Notes: generated by a model not told the origin, from the sequence alone. Positions 21,947-33,582 are shown, counted from the first letter of the whole stretch. The stretch is DNA of 63,997 nucleotides, filler included, from Malassezia furfur (GCA_052055015.1; 3 parts of 3 records of this genome joined end to end with filler, not necessarily neighbours in it); one strand, 5' to 3'. Numbers and translations: made by a program.

Positions 21947-24709
21947 CTAGTAGATAGGGACCATGAGTTCGTCCAACGATGCAAAGAACTCGGTGGGACC
22001 GGTGGTGATGCCAAACTGGGGCTCGAGCATGTGCGCCGCGAGGGCCGCGGCGGTCTCGTTCACGGCATCCGAGCCCGACGACGACGCGGCAAGCTGGAAG
22101 ATGCTGTTGTTCGTACTGTTGTTGTCCAGATGGATGCCGCCGACTGTGTGGGACATCGGCTTTTCCGGGCTGTCCGTCTCCGACTTGGGCGCCTGCGCGG
22201 CGTTTTGGCGGCGCACGCTCTCTTCAGCGAGCAGCAGCTCGACGAGCTTGAACGCGACCTTTTGCGAGTGCGTGAGCTGGACGACAAGGTTGCCGCTCAC
22301 GTCACTTGCGTCGGTAAGGTAGTTGATGATCAGCGCAATGTCGTCACGGAGCTGGTGTGCGACTTGCGACGACCCCTGCCCGCTGCGCGTGAGGTGCAGC
22401 AGCTGCAGCGTGAGTACCACTGCGGCCTGGAACAGGTGGTGGCGGAACACAGGGTGCCGCTGCACCGAAGGGTGCACATTGTCGATCTGCTGGCGGCACG
22501 AGAGGATCGTGCGCGCGGCGTCGACGGCGATGCGCGTCGACGACGCATACTTCTCCTCCTGGTGCCCGCGGCACAGGTAGTCGCGGTGCAGCATCAGCAG
22601 CTGGTGGTTCACCGCCTCGAAGATGATCAGGCGGTGCATCGCGAGGTAAGGGCGCTGCGACTGCTCCTGGCGCACCTCGGGGAGCTGCTCGAGCGTCGGA
22701 TCGGCGCGCAGGTAGATCGGGAGCGACGACAGCCGGCGCCGCAGCTGCGCGTCGAGGTCGAGCACCGCATCGTACGAGCGCGCCTCGCTCGGTACCACAG
22801 CCATGCGCTCGCGGCCGAGCTGCGCGATCTCAAAGGTGTACGGAGTGAGGTTGTTGATGGTCGCGCGGCCCGCGTCCTTGGCAGGCGGCAGCGCGTGCGT
22901 TTCGCCGTCCGGCAGATCCTCTTCGTCGAGATTCAAGGGGTATTGCGTCGTCGCACGCGCCGTATCGAGCGTAGTGGCGCGGTGGAAGACGGTGCTGGTG
23001 ATCAGGTCCTGCGTCGCGATCTTGTACCACAGCCGCCGCGCAGCCTCCCGCACCAGGTGCGAGCGGTCCGGCAAACTGCACGCGGTGCGGAGCGACGGCT
23101 TGACCAGCGTCTCGGGTCGACTCGGGTCCGGACTTGGCATGCCCACGACCGCAGACATGCGCACCTGCTTACTCGACGGCGACTCGCGCCATGCGTCCTC
23201 GTCGGCCTTGGCCGAGCCTAGCAGGTGGTAGCCTTGGAGCTCTGCCAGCTGGGCGAGCAGCGCCATCGTTGTGAAACACACCATCAGTTTGCCGCGCAGG
23301 GCATGGTGGTGGATGCACAGAAAGAGCGACGCAAGATGGTTCCAGTTGGTCTTGTTCACGTAGTCATCCATGGCCATCAGCGCCTGCGCCGAATCGACCC
23401 ACGCATCGACCAGCGTGCCCACCTGCTCGGGCGACGTGCAAAAGTTTTGCTCCACAAAGAAGCGCGACTCGGTGTACTGCGCAGCGAGCCCAAGGAGCAT
23501 GAGGAGCAGCGACAGGAAGGACAGGTCGACGTGCTCGGGCACCGTCGTCTGCATCCGGTTCCAGCTCGCAAGCTGCGTGCGCAGGCTGGCCAGCTGCATC
23601 TTGACCAGGCGCCAGCTGATCCCATACGAGACGTGCAGATCCACCGTCTGCAAGATTTTGAGCAGGTAGTCGGTCTGCTGCTGGTCGGGCAGCATGTCGA
23701 GCGCCGCGCGGATGCGCGACGTGTTGGTGTGGAACGTTGCACTGTCGAGCAGCGCATTCACAATCGTCTGCCGCGGCACTTCAGCGTCGGCACTCGTCCC
23801 CGCCAGACCAGCCGCCACGGGGCCAGCGCGGTGCAGGCTCTGGTCGCCGCCGCTCAACGAGTTTTGCTGCGAGTGCCGCGCAAACATTGCGAGCGCATCC
23901 GCCGCGGCCATGTTCGGTTCGGCCTGCATCGCCATTTGGCTGCCGTCGCTGGCCTGCGACGCGCGCTGCTGCTGCTCGATCTTGTTGCGCCAGAACGCCA
24001 GCTCGGCGACCACCGCCGAGTCCTGCGGCAGCGACGCGCCCTGACGGTCCGCGTTCACGTCCAGTGCCAGCGTCGTGCCGAGCAGTAGGGGGTCGATCTG
24101 GTTGCCCGTCGCCGTGTTGTGCATTTCATGCGACGACGGCTGCGACGATGGTCCGCCGAGCCGCTGCTCCAGGTGCGAGATCCGGTCGATTACGGTACGC
24201 GTATCGTTGTCGAGCGCGAGCTCGTGTCCGTGCGCGTTGGTCCACTCGTTCGACAAGTTCAGCGCGTGGGCACCGTCCTTCGAGAAGCCGAGGTTCGAGT
24301 GCGAGTGCATGTCGGGGCCCATTGCCATGTCCGTGGACCACACACAGCGTTCCGCAGGGATACGGTGTTTTTGGCATTGCCCACAGTAGGGCTGCTGCCG
24401 GTCGCACTTCACCTTACGGTTCTTGCACGGGAAACACGTGTTGATCTTTCGGCGCTTGGTCGACGGCGGCTTCGACTGCGGCTCTTGGGTGGCAATCCGC
24501 TCGCGCGCCGCAGCGGGCAGCACGTTCGACGAGAGCGCGTCGACCGAGTGGTAGTGCTGCCCGGTGTGGTCGCTCATCGAGAACGCCTGGGCATTCTGCA
24601 CGCCGGCGGGCAGCGCGTGTGCCTGGAGGGTATCGACGTTCTCGCGGCTCATATGACTGCTGGTCCCGTCTGCCGTGACCCCGTGTGATACGTCAGAGAG
24701 GATGGCCAT
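21947..24709 (-). CDS. Zn(II)2Cys6 transcription factor
   Basis: CFPCKNRKVKCDRQQPYCGQCQKHRIPAERC; fungal TF middle region (REAARRLWYKI, YPLNLDEEDL, LLMLHRDYL). Confidence 0.9.
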   Translation of the reverse strand: MAILSDVSHGVTADGTSSHMSRENVDTLQAHALPAGVQNAQAFSMSDHTGQHYHSVDALSSNVLPAAARERIATQEPQSKPPSTKRRKINTCFPCKNRKVKCDRQQPYCGQCQKHRIPAERCVWSTDMAMGPDMHSHSNLGFSKDGAHALNLSNEWTNAHGHELALDNDTRTVIDRISHLEQRLGGPSSQPSSHEMHNTATGNQIDPLLLGTTLALDVNADRQGASLPQDSAVVAELAFWRNKIEQQQRASQASDGSQMAMQAEPNMAAADALAMFARHSQQNSLSGGDQSLHRAGPVAAGLAGTSADAEVPRQTIVNALLDSATFHTNTSRIRAALDMLPDQQQTDYLLKILQTVDLHVSYGISWRLVKMQLASLRTQLASWNRMQTTVPEHVDLSFLSLLLMLLGLAAQYTESRFFVEQNFCTSPEQVGTLVDAWVDSAQALMAMDDYVNKTNWNHLASLFLCIHHHALRGKLMVCFTTMALLAQLAELQGYHLLGSAKADEDAWRESPSSKQVRMSAVVGMPSPDPSRPETLVKPSLRTACSLPDRSHLVREAARRLWYKIATQDLITSTVFHRATTLDTARATTQYPLNLDEEDLPDGETHALPPAKDAGRATINNLTPYTFEIAQLGRERMAVVPSEARSYDAVLDLDAQLRRRLSSLPIYLRADPTLEQLPEVRQEQSQRPYLAMHRLIIFEAVNHQLLMLHRDYLCRGHQEEKYASSTRIAVDAARTILSCRQQIDNVHPSVQRHPVFRHHLFQAAVVLTLQLLHLTRSGQGSSQVAHQLRDDIALIINYLTDASDVSGNLVVQLTHSQKVAFKLVELLLAEESVRRQNAAQAPKSETDSPEKPMSHTVGGIHLDNNSTNNSIFQLAASSSGSDAVNETAAALAAHMLEPQFGITTGPTEFFASLDELMVPIY

Positions 24710-24729
24710 GTACCTCCGGTCGCGTCTCG

Positions 24730-24829
24730 NNNNNNNNNNNNNNNNNNNNNNNNNNNNNNNNNNNNNNNNNNNNTTAATTAATTAANNNNNNNNNNNNNNN
24801 NNNNNNNNNNNNNNNNNNNNNNNNNNNNN
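24730..24829. other. Artificial contig linker (N44-TTAATTAATTAA-N44)
   Basis: 100-nt spacer whose core has stops in all six frames; same as the linker at 49484. Confidence 0.95.
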
Positions 24830-25777
24830 CAATGCGCACGACACGCTTCCGCTGGCGCCGGCCGAGCGCAGGCTGCTGCCGCGCGGCGGGCTTCTCTTCC
24901 TCAGCAGGCTCATCGTCGTCGTCGCCAAGGCCCATGGAGCTCATCATGCTGCCCAGCGGGCCCATCCCGGGCATCGCACCGGCGGCACCTGCCATCTTCG
25001 ATAGGTCCATACTGAGCATCCCTGCCGGCATCGCAGGCGAGTGCGGCGGGAGCGTGCTCGGCACCTGCATGCGCCGGATACGGCGCTCACGCGCACGCAG
25101 CGCCTGCTTGCCACTCGCCGTGCCGCTCGTCGCCGCTTTGGTGTTGTCCTTCGTGTCGGCTGACGCGCGCGCCGGCTTGCTTAGCGTCGGCAACGGCGGC
25201 GGCTTGCCACCCGTGACAGCCTGCAGGTTGGCAGCGATGGCCTCGAGCAGTTTTTGCTTGGTGGGGATATCAGCGCGGACGGCACTACCGTCGTCGTTGT
25301 AGAGCCGCACCTTGACGCGGCCAGGGTTCGCCCAGTCACGCGGGTGCGTGCGGTATGGTTCGTGCATGTACTCAAGCTTGAGGTGCTTGGCCGCATTCGA
25401 GATGTACTGGCTGTTGGGGTACAGGATCGCCTTGTCGTAGGCGACGCGGCGGCATCCCTTGCGGTATCGCTGCTTGGCGTCAAGGTACATGGGGTACACG
25501 CTTGTCCAGTGCTTGTGCGGCCCATCCTCCTCGCCACCGTCCGCCACGTTGGGCGTCGTGTGCCGCGACATAGTGCGCACATTGCTGTTCGCGCCGCTGG
25601 GCGCGCCCGCCGAAGCACCCCCGCCCATCTGTGCCATCATTTCCTGCATCATATCGACGCTCGGCATCGCGACATCCTGCGACGAGCTCACTCCTGGAAG
25701 GGCAAACTGCGTAAGTGCGCTGCACATACGTCTGTATCGTCATTGAACTCCTCCACCGTCGCGCTTCGCGCCGTCAT
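24830..25777 (-). CDS. SEC65: SRP19/Sec65 signal recognition particle subunit (3' end lost in gap)
   Basis: WTSVYPMYLDAK...GCRRV...HPRDWANPGRVKVRL; 23-nt intron 25707-25729 links MTARSATVEEFNDDTD to FALPG. Confidence 0.88.
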
Positions 25778-25858
25778 CTCGCGGTGAGGGTCGAGAGGAG
25801 CGAAGAAGCGGATGACTAAGCGTCGCGCAGCGTTCTCGCCCCTTCGGACTTGTGCACG

Positions 25859-28037
25859 ATGAGTGATTCTCTTCTGGCAGCGCTGTCGTCGCTATCGATT
25901 GAGCCGGCTGCATCCAAGGCCGTGTCGCACACGGCATCTGACTCGCAGGCGGCGTGGTCGGATGCGCTTGCGTCCGTGCCTGCCGCGGACAAGCCGCAAG
26001 ACTACCATTTGCTGAAGACGCTCGTCTTCAAGCCCAAGACGGCCAAGTCGGAGACGCCACTGCCCGTCGTGGTCTTGACGGACGATGCGACCCAGACCAA
26101 CACGAGCGCTATCGGTGCGCAGCTCAAGCTGAAGGACCTGCGCCTCGCTGTGCCCGATCTTCTGAAGGCGACGCTGGGTGCAACCAAGGACGATGGTAGG
26201 TGATCACACGACTCACACAGTGTCGCCGTTCAACGTGACCAAAGACAATGCCAGCAAGGTGCGCGTGCTCCTGGATGAGGACATTGTGTCTTCGAAGATG
26301 ACGTACGCGGTCCACGCGCTCTCTGCATCCGAGACGGTGTTTGTGACGGGCGCAGGGATCCAGCAGTACCTCGAGACCACGCAGGTGCAGCTCGATGTGG
26401 TGCCGTTCAGCTCGCTCAAGGCGCCGGCGCCTGCTGCGCCTGCTGCGAAGCCCGAGCCGAAGGCCAAGGCCGTGGATGCCAAGATCCCCGAGGCGGAGCT
26501 GATTGGTATCACGGTGCGCAAGGACCTCGACTTCCCCGAGTGGTACCAGCAGGTGCTGCGCAAGGGTGACATGCTCGACTACTACGACGTGAGCGGCTGC
26601 TATATCCTTAAGCCGTGGAGTTTCTTTGTGTGGGAGTCGATCCAGCGCTTCTTTGACGGCGAGATCAAGAAGCTCGGTGTGCAGAACTGCTACTTCCCGA
26701 TGTTCGTCTCCTCGGACGTGCTCGAGAAGGAGAAGGACCACATCGAGGGCTTTGCACCCGAGGTGGCGTGGGTCACGCGTGCGGGCAAGTCGGACCTCGA
26801 GAAACCCGTGGCGATTCGCCCGACGTCCGAGACGGTGATGTACCCCTACTATGCGCGCTGGATCCAGAGCCACCGCGACCTGCCGCTCAAGCTGAACCAG
26901 TGGAACAGTGTGGTGCGCTGGGAGTTTAAGCACCCCCAGCCGTTCCTGCGCACGCGCGAGTTCCTCTGGCAGGAGGGCCACACGGCGCACCTCACGCAGG
27001 AGGAGGCCGCCAAGGAGGTGCTCGACATCCTTGACCTGTACCGCCGCGTGTACAACGAGCTGCTGGCCATCCCCGTGGTGCCCGGTATCAAGTCGGAGAA
27101 GGAAAAGTTTGCCGGTGGTCTGTACACCACCACCGTCGAGGGCTACGTCCCCACGACGGGCCGCGGCATCCAGGGCGGCACGTCGCACTGCCTGGGCCAA
27201 AACTTTAGCCGGATGTTTGACATTGCGGTGCAGGACCCCAAGGCCACCGACGAGACGCGTGGTAAGCCCGAGGGCCGCCTGTACGTCTGGCAGAACTCGT
27301 GGGGTCTGTCGACGCGCACGATTGGTGTGATGGTCATGGTCCACGGCGACGACAAGGGTCTGGTGATGCCGCCCCGTGTCGCGAGCACGCAGGTGGTGCT
27401 CGTGCCATGCGGTCTGGGCGTCAAGGTGCCACAGGACGTCAAGGACGCGGTGAACGACGCGTGCAAGAACACTGCTGCCGAGCTCAACCGCCACGGCATC
27501 CGCGCGCACGCCGACCTGCGTGATAACTACAACCCCGGCTTCAAGTTCAATGACTGGGAGCTGCGCGGTGTGCCTGTCCGTCTGGAGATCGGCCCCAAGG
27601 ACCTGACCAACAAGGCGGCGATCAGTGTACGCCGCGACACGGGTGCGAAGGAGTCGCTGGCGCTCGACTCGATCGCGACGAGCATCCCCAAGCTGCTCGA
27701 TACCATCCACAACGACATGTACGCCAAGGCGGATGCCGAGTTCCGCGACCACCGCAAGGTCGTCACGGACTGGGACATGTTCACCAAGACGCTCAACGCC
27801 AAGAACCACGTCATCATCCCCTGGTGCGAGGAGGAGGCGTGCGAGGACCAGATCAAGGACCGCAGCGCGCGCACCGTTTCCTCGGAGGAGTCGCAGGACG
27901 AGCGTGCGCCGTCGATGGGCGCCAAGTCGCTCTGCATTCCCTTCGACCAGGAGGCGTACCCTGCGATCGACGGCCGCAGCTGCCCGCAGTGCGGCAAGCC
28001 TGCCAAGCGCTGGACCATGTTTGGCCGGAGTTACTAA
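25859..28037 (+). CDS. Cytoplasmic prolyl-tRNA synthetase with N-terminal YbaK/ProX-like domain
   Basis: KTLVFKPK domain in exon 1, 25-nt intron 26196-26220, IRPTSET, FLRTREFLWQEGHT, QNSWGLSTR, C-terminal FGRSY. Confidence 0.95.
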
Positions 28038-28056
28038 GTAGATCGCAATTACACAG

Positions 28057-29441
28057 CTACTTGCGCTTCTGGCTGGTGCTGCCCTTGGGCAGTTCCTGGG
28101 TGAGTCAAAAAGAGAACGTACGCGCACAAACGGCAAAAAGTCGCGGCCCTGCATGTACGGCTGCAGCGGTGGCGGAATGCGCAGGCCCTCGGGCGTTTGC
28201 CAGTTCTCCACGATGCAGCACAGCGCGCGTTCCGTGGCGCACAGCGTGCCGTTGAGCATATGACAGTATTGCTTCTTCGAGTCGCCCTGCTTCTTGATTC
28301 CGCAGCGCACCTCGAGCCGGCGGCTCTGGTAGTCGGTGCAGTTCGAGCACGACACAAGCTCCTTGTGCTCGCCCTGGAAGGGGAACCATGCCTCCAGGTC
28401 GTATTTCATCGCCGCCGCGTTGTTCAGCGCACCGGACACGATGGCCACAACACGGTAGGGAATCTGCAGGCTCTGGTAGAACTCCTCCGAGTTCGCGACC
28501 ATCTGGTCGAGCATCTCCCAGGAGCTCGCGGGGTCCGTGATGCAGAACTGCTCGACCTTCTCAAACTGGTGCACACGGAAAATGCCCCAGGTGTCCTTGC
28601 CGTGCGAGCCGGCCTCCTTGCGGAAGCACGTCGAGTAGCCGGCGTAGCGGATCGGCAGCTGCTCCGCGGGCTTGTCGAACCACTCGTTCGAGTGGAACGC
28701 CGAGATGGGCTGCTCCGACGTGGCAATGAGGTACTTGTCGTCCTCGTCACCCGTGACCTTGTACAGTTCCTCGTCAAAGTCCTCGAGCTGCGCCGTCTTG
28801 GCCATATGCTCCTTGCGCATCATGAACGGCGTCATGATCTTTTTGTACGACTTCTTGCGGAGGAAGTCGAGGCCGTAGTTGATCAACGCCTGGTTCAGGT
28901 CTACACCGTCGCCCGTCAGGTAGAAACCACGGTGCCCGGCAATCTTCGCGCCACGGTCCGTGTCGAAGAGCTCGAGACGGTACATCACTTCGTGGTGCGA
29001 CAGGATGTCATTCTTCTTCTCGACCTGCGCGTTCGGGCCGTCGGGGTGCCACGTCTTGACGACGAGGTTGTCGTCCTCCGTCTGCGACACCGGCACCTTG
29101 TCGCCGACGAGGTTACCGATCGTACCGGCCTTGGCGCGCATCACGCGCTCTGCCTCCGCCACCTGCGGCTTAAACTCGGCGATCTTGGCATCGAGCTCCT
29201 TCTTCTTCGCGAGCTCTTCGTCGGCGCTCTCCTTGTTTTTCTTCTTGGCCGTGATGGCTTTCTGGGTTGCATTGACCTCCTGCTGCAGGTTGTTTAGCTG
29301 GAACTCGAGTGAGACCCAGTTCTTGTAGTCCGACAGCACCTCGTCCACGAGCTCAACCGAGGCGCCACGCTTGCGCTGCGACTCGCGCACCACCTCAGGG
29401 TCGCCGCCCTTCTCGACTTGGAGCTGCTGCAGGTCAATCAT
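28057..29441 (-). CDS. SES1: Cytoplasmic seryl-tRNA synthetase
   Basis: LIATSEQP, FRKEAGSHGKDTWGIFRVHQFEKVE, ELVSCSNCTDYQSRRL; 26-nt intron 28096-28121 gives the true end ELPKGSTSQKRK*. Confidence 0.96.
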
Positions 29442-29491
29442 CGTGGTTCACGTCAGGTCACGTGGCGCAACGTTTTTTCCTACCTTCCAGC

Positions 29492-30838
29492 ATGACGACC
29501 ATTGTCGACATTCCGTTTGCGCTCCCGGCTGCGCCGGCGAACTACCGGCCTGCCGTGGCCTCGACGTCGGCGGTGTCGCTTACCACCGCCAAGCTCGAGC
29601 CGGCTGGTGCCGCGTTCCTCGGCTACATGCGCCGCAGCCTGCGCCAGAGCTCGTTTGCGGACGACGATGCGCTCGTCCAGCAGCGTCTGGCGGACCACGC
29701 GGCGGCCAACGCCGAGGTCGACGAGCTCGACAACGACATTGGTGAGGAGCCCGAGAGCGAGGAGCTCCTGGCGAGCGACCCCAAGGAGTGGAAGCAGCTC
29801 GACCACTACGCGGTCCTCGGTCTTTCCGGCCGCCGCTACAAGGCCACCGAGCACGAGATTAAGATTGCGCACCGCAAGAAGGTGCTCAAGCATCACCCCG
29901 ACAAGAAGGTGGGCTCGTCGGGCCTGAGCAACGACGACTCCTTCTTCAAGTGTGTCGCGAAGTCGTTCGAGATCCTGTCGAACCCCGAGAAGCGTCGCCA
30001 GTTCGACAGTGTCGACGAGGCGATCGATGACGATGCGGTGCCGACCGGCAAGGAGGCGCCCGAGCGCTTCTTCGAGCTGTGGGGTCCCGTGTTCGAACGC
30101 GAGGCCCGTTTCTCGAAGGAGACCCCCGTGCCCTCGCTGGGCGACGCCAACAGCACGAAGCAGGAGGTGGATGAGTTCTACAACTTCTTCTACAACTTCG
30201 ACAGCTGGCGCAGCTTCGAGTACCTCGACAAGGAGGTGAACGAGGGCAGCGATAGCCGTGACGAGAAGCGCTACACGGAGAAGAAGAACCGCAACGAGCG
30301 CGCTCGCCGCAAGAAGGAGGACAACGCACGTCTGCGCAACATCGTGGACAAGGCCCTGTCGGTCGACCCGCGTATCAAGCAGTTCCGTGCACAGGAGCGT
30401 GCGGCCCGCGAGGCCAAGAAGAACAAGGGCCGCCCGAGCGCGGCTGCGAACCCGCGTGCGGCAGCCATTGCCGAGGCCGAGAAGCGCAAGGCTGAGGCCG
30501 AGAAGGCCGCCGCCGAGGCCAAGGCCAAGGAGGAAGCCGAGAAGGCGGAGCGCGAGGCTGCCAAGAAGCAGCGCGAGGCCGCCAAGAAGAACCTCAAGAA
30601 GGAGAAGAAGGCGCTCCGCACGATCGTGCAGAACGCCAACTACTTCCAGCCTGCCGGTACGTCGCCGTCGGCGGCGGTGCTCGACAAGCAGCTCGGTGCG
30701 CTCGACGCGCTTGCCGCGGCGCTGCAGCCCGAGGAGGTCGTGGCGCTGCGCGAGGCGTGCGAGAAGAGTACCGAGGCCGCCAAGGAGGCGCTGAACAAGG
30801 CGTGCCAGGACAAGTCGCTGGGCGATGCGTTCGCGTAG
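29492..30838 (+). CDS. ZUO1: Zuotin, ribosome-associated J protein
   Basis: DPKEWKQLDHYAVLGL, J-domain HHPDK, FYNFFYNFDSWRSFEYLD, charged coiled coil. Confidence 0.95.
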   Translation: MTTIVDIPFALPAAPANYRPAVASTSAVSLTTAKLEPAGAAFLGYMRRSLRQSSFADDDALVQQRLADHAAANAEVDELDNDIGEEPESEELLASDPKEWKQLDHYAVLGLSGRRYKATEHEIKIAHRKKVLKHHPDKKVGSSGLSNDDSFFKCVAKSFEILSNPEKRRQFDSVDEAIDDDAVPTGKEAPERFFELWGPVFEREARFSKETPVPSLGDANSTKQEVDEFYNFFYNFDSWRSFEYLDKEVNEGSDSRDEKRYTEKKNRNERARRKKEDNARLRNIVDKALSVDPRIKQFRAQERAAREAKKNKGRPSAAANPRAAAIAEAEKRKAEAEKAAAEAKAKEEAEKAEREAAKKQREAAKKNLKKEKKALRTIVQNANYFQPAGTSPSAAVLDKQLGALDALAAALQPEEVVALREACEKSTEAAKEALNKACQDKSLGDAFA

Positions 30839-30858
30839 AGTATACAGTCCTTCGGATG

Positions 30859-32181
30859 CTATTGCATTTGCTGCAGTTCGGCGTGGCTAAATACACCGTG
30901 GGCCCGCAGGAACCCCATGTGCTGGCGCAAGACGCGCCGCACCGTGGCAAGGTCGAACTCGGCACGCAGCCGCGCACGCTCCTTGCTCTCGAGCATCAAC
31001 GGCGTATGGCCCGCGACGCGCCGTGCGTCAAACTCTTCTGTGAGCGCCCGGAGCACGTAGTTCGCCGTGGTGGTGGTCTTGACGCCTGCACGCGCGGCCA
31101 GCGATGGGAAGTCGAGCTCTTTTGCGCGCCAAGCAAGCAGCGCGCGCTGATGCGCTCGAAGCTCTGAGGTGCGCACCGTCTTCTGGGTTTTGGCCCGGGC
31201 CACCTTGGCCCTGGTCTTCGGTTTGGGGGCCGAGTGCACTTCGCCAGCTATCGCATAAACCGCCTGCAACACGGCATCGAGCGGCGCAGGCTCGGATGCC
31301 TGGGCAGTCATCGCGGTAGCCACCCGCTTCACGGCCTCGTCGTACATCAGAAGCACAAGGCGATGGAACAGCTCGAGGCTAACAAACACGTCGCTCGCGG
31401 CATATTCGAGTTGCTTGTTGCTTAGCGGGACGCGTGACCATCGGCTGATACGTATGTCGTCTTTTCGGAGCCGGCGGTCTAGGTAGGCATTGCACAAGTC
31501 TTGGAGGCTGATGAGTAGGCGGCGATGTTGCCAGCGGTCTGGCTCAATGGACTTGGCCAGCATGCTGAGCTCGACCAACCCAGCCGATACGATTCCAAAA
31601 TCGCGACGTAGCTTGTGGGCGTCGTTGCGCACAGCCACGCCAACTTTGAGCACCGTGGGATCGGCCATCATCTTCACAATGCTCTCGGGTAACGACCGCA
31701 TGGCAGCAAGGTGGATGATGAAGATGGTGTCGGCGACACAGACCTGAATCACGGACGTTTTTCCGGCGTATGGCTCAATGTCCCATTCCAAATCGAAGCC
31801 GATGGCACGAGCGATGGTGGTGCACCGCTGCAAGGCAGCAGGCAGCAACTGATCGACTTCCTCTGCCCGCCGCAGGTATAGGAGCTTGGGTATCTGTGGT
31901 GGTCGCACGCGTTCATCAGGATGATACATTTTGCCCACCGCACGCTGGAACGTGCCGAGGGGCCGGCGGTATGTGTAGAACGAATGGGGTTCCTGCGCCT
32001 CGACGTACTGCTGACTGGCTTCGGCCAAGGAACCCACCAGACGATCAAATTCATGCTGCAGCTTCTCCGTATACTTAGGATGTGCTCGCGATGAAAGTGG
32101 GCGCCATGACCCACTCGACGCGCCGTAAGCGCCCACAGAAGCTCTGGCGCGTCCACCCGCGCGCGCGAGCCGAGGCAGCAT
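30859..32181 (-). CDS. DEDDy 3'-5' exonuclease (WRN-exo/EXD2-like)
   Basis: IGFDLEW, KVGVAVRNDAHKL, SRWSRVPLSNKQLEYAASD; Arg-rich presequence-like N-terminus. Confidence 0.85.
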   Translation of the reverse strand: MLPRLARAGGRARASVGAYGASSGSWRPLSSRAHPKYTEKLQHEFDRLVGSLAEASQQYVEAQEPHSFYTYRRPLGTFQRAVGKMYHPDERVRPPQIPKLLYLRRAEEVDQLLPAALQRCTTIARAIGFDLEWDIEPYAGKTSVIQVCVADTIFIIHLAAMRSLPESIVKMMADPTVLKVGVAVRNDAHKLRRDFGIVSAGLVELSMLAKSIEPDRWQHRRLLISLQDLCNAYLDRRLRKDDIRISRWSRVPLSNKQLEYAASDVFVSLELFHRLVLLMYDEAVKRVATAMTAQASEPAPLDAVLQAVYAIAGEVHSAPKPKTRAKVARAKTQKTVRTSELRAHQRALLAWRAKELDFPSLAARAGVKTTTTANYVLRALTEEFDARRVAGHTPLMLESKERARLRAEFDLATVRRVLRQHMGFLRAHGVFSHAELQQMQ

Positions 32182-32219
32182 AGCAAGAGATGGCCCATGC
32201 GCACTATCACGTGTTGTTC

Positions 32220-33351
32220 CTACGAAAGCCAGTAGGGAGCGGCCATGGCTTCCTCGGCAACGACCAGGTCAATGGAGTCGCCAAAGTACTCAGACTCTTC
32301 GTCGTCCATGGCACGGACGGCAGCCTGTTGCCCCTTGCTGTCCCCGAGAACGTAGCACAAATAGCCGGCTGGAGCAATGAAGGCGCGACCTGAATAAGCG
32401 CGTGATGGAAACGTACCTGAATAGTCCACGAGCGCCTTTCCGTCGCGCACGCGCAAGCCTGCGGGCACCGAGGGGAATGTACCAGACACGAGCGTGTGGT
32501 GCATTGCTTGGAGCAAAGGAAGGATGCGTTGGTCGCCGCTCACGGCATAGTAATGTGCGAGTCGCCAGGCTAAGGTGAGCATAGGAAGACGTACGAGTTC
32601 GGCAAGCATTCCAGCTCATGTCTCCGTCGTGCTTCGATTCAAGCAGCTTTCCGCTCGTTGGTCTCCAGCCATGCTTCCCATCGTACACCAAGAAGTCGGC
32701 GATGAGGCCTGTGCGGTTGACATTCAGCTGGTCCATTGCGCATTTCAGCGTCGCTTCCAGGACTTGTTGCCAGCGCTGACGCGAATGCGGGTTGGGGTGC
32801 TTCATGTAGAACAGCAGGAAACTCGACAGGATGAAGTCGGAGCTGCGCGTAGAGTCGTACAGCTTGCGGTTCTGCTTGTCGTCCGTATTGCACCAATCAC
32901 CCAGCAGCGGCACATTCAGCGTGGCATGGATGCAGTGCTGCAGCAAAGCATCCGAGATCCGCGCAGCCTCCGCCTCGTATGCGCCTGCGGGGAACATGGA
33001 CGAGCCATGCGGCCAACGCCGCCCGGCCAGGAACAGCGCAGTAGCAATGTCAATGTCGCCGTCCGTAGCACAGTCGTTCGCATCTTCTTCAACGTAAAGA
33101 TGGTGATGCTTGTTCATCCGGACTTGCCATTTCATTAGCCCATTCTCGTTCCGGAACGCGAGGAAAAAGGAGAGCAGACCATCCAGGTCCGCTTGGTTGC
33201 CATGTAAAGTTGCGATGAGCATGGCGTAACCGTGCGCCTCCGAGCAGGTGATTGCGTCGCCATTGTCACCCGAGCCATTGTAGAAGCAGTACAGGCCCGC
33301 TGGGCTCGAGCGCATGTACTTGCTGCACCAGGTACGGTACCTTTCTTCCAT
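32220..33351 (-). CDS. Glycoside hydrolase family 8 protein
   Basis: SEAHGYAML, ATDGDIDIATAL and TRSSDF motifs; splicing 32570-32594 restores WNACRTPWRL; second in-frame intron 32390-32416. 5' end uncertain (an upstream exon near 33479 is possible). Confidence 0.85.
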
Positions 33352-33582
33352 GGATGTCGTGGCACGTGGGACGTGCGCGTACAGCCACACGGGTGGAATG
33401 CTAACTGCCTGCCTATACTGGCGGGGTGGGCCGCATCAACTTCGAGACGTTCAAGACGTCGTCGAAGATGCTCAATCATTCAGCTGGTGCCAAGCGGCAA
33501 AGAAACATGCATTACATGATGTATTTTTAGCTTGCCTACAAAAAGGCATGCTAGCGTGTCACGCCGGAGTTATACAATCGGC

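Noticed and set aside
24774..24785. TTAATTAATTAA palindrome as a transposon target site or regulatory element (also 49528-49539)
   Set aside because: Centred in N runs totalling exactly 100 nt; a synthetic six-frame stop linker.
26124..29441. 1105-aa apparent SerRS fusion protein
   Set aside because: Artefact of reading through the 26-nt intron 28096-28121 into the antisense frame of ProRS; spliced SerRS ends at 28057.
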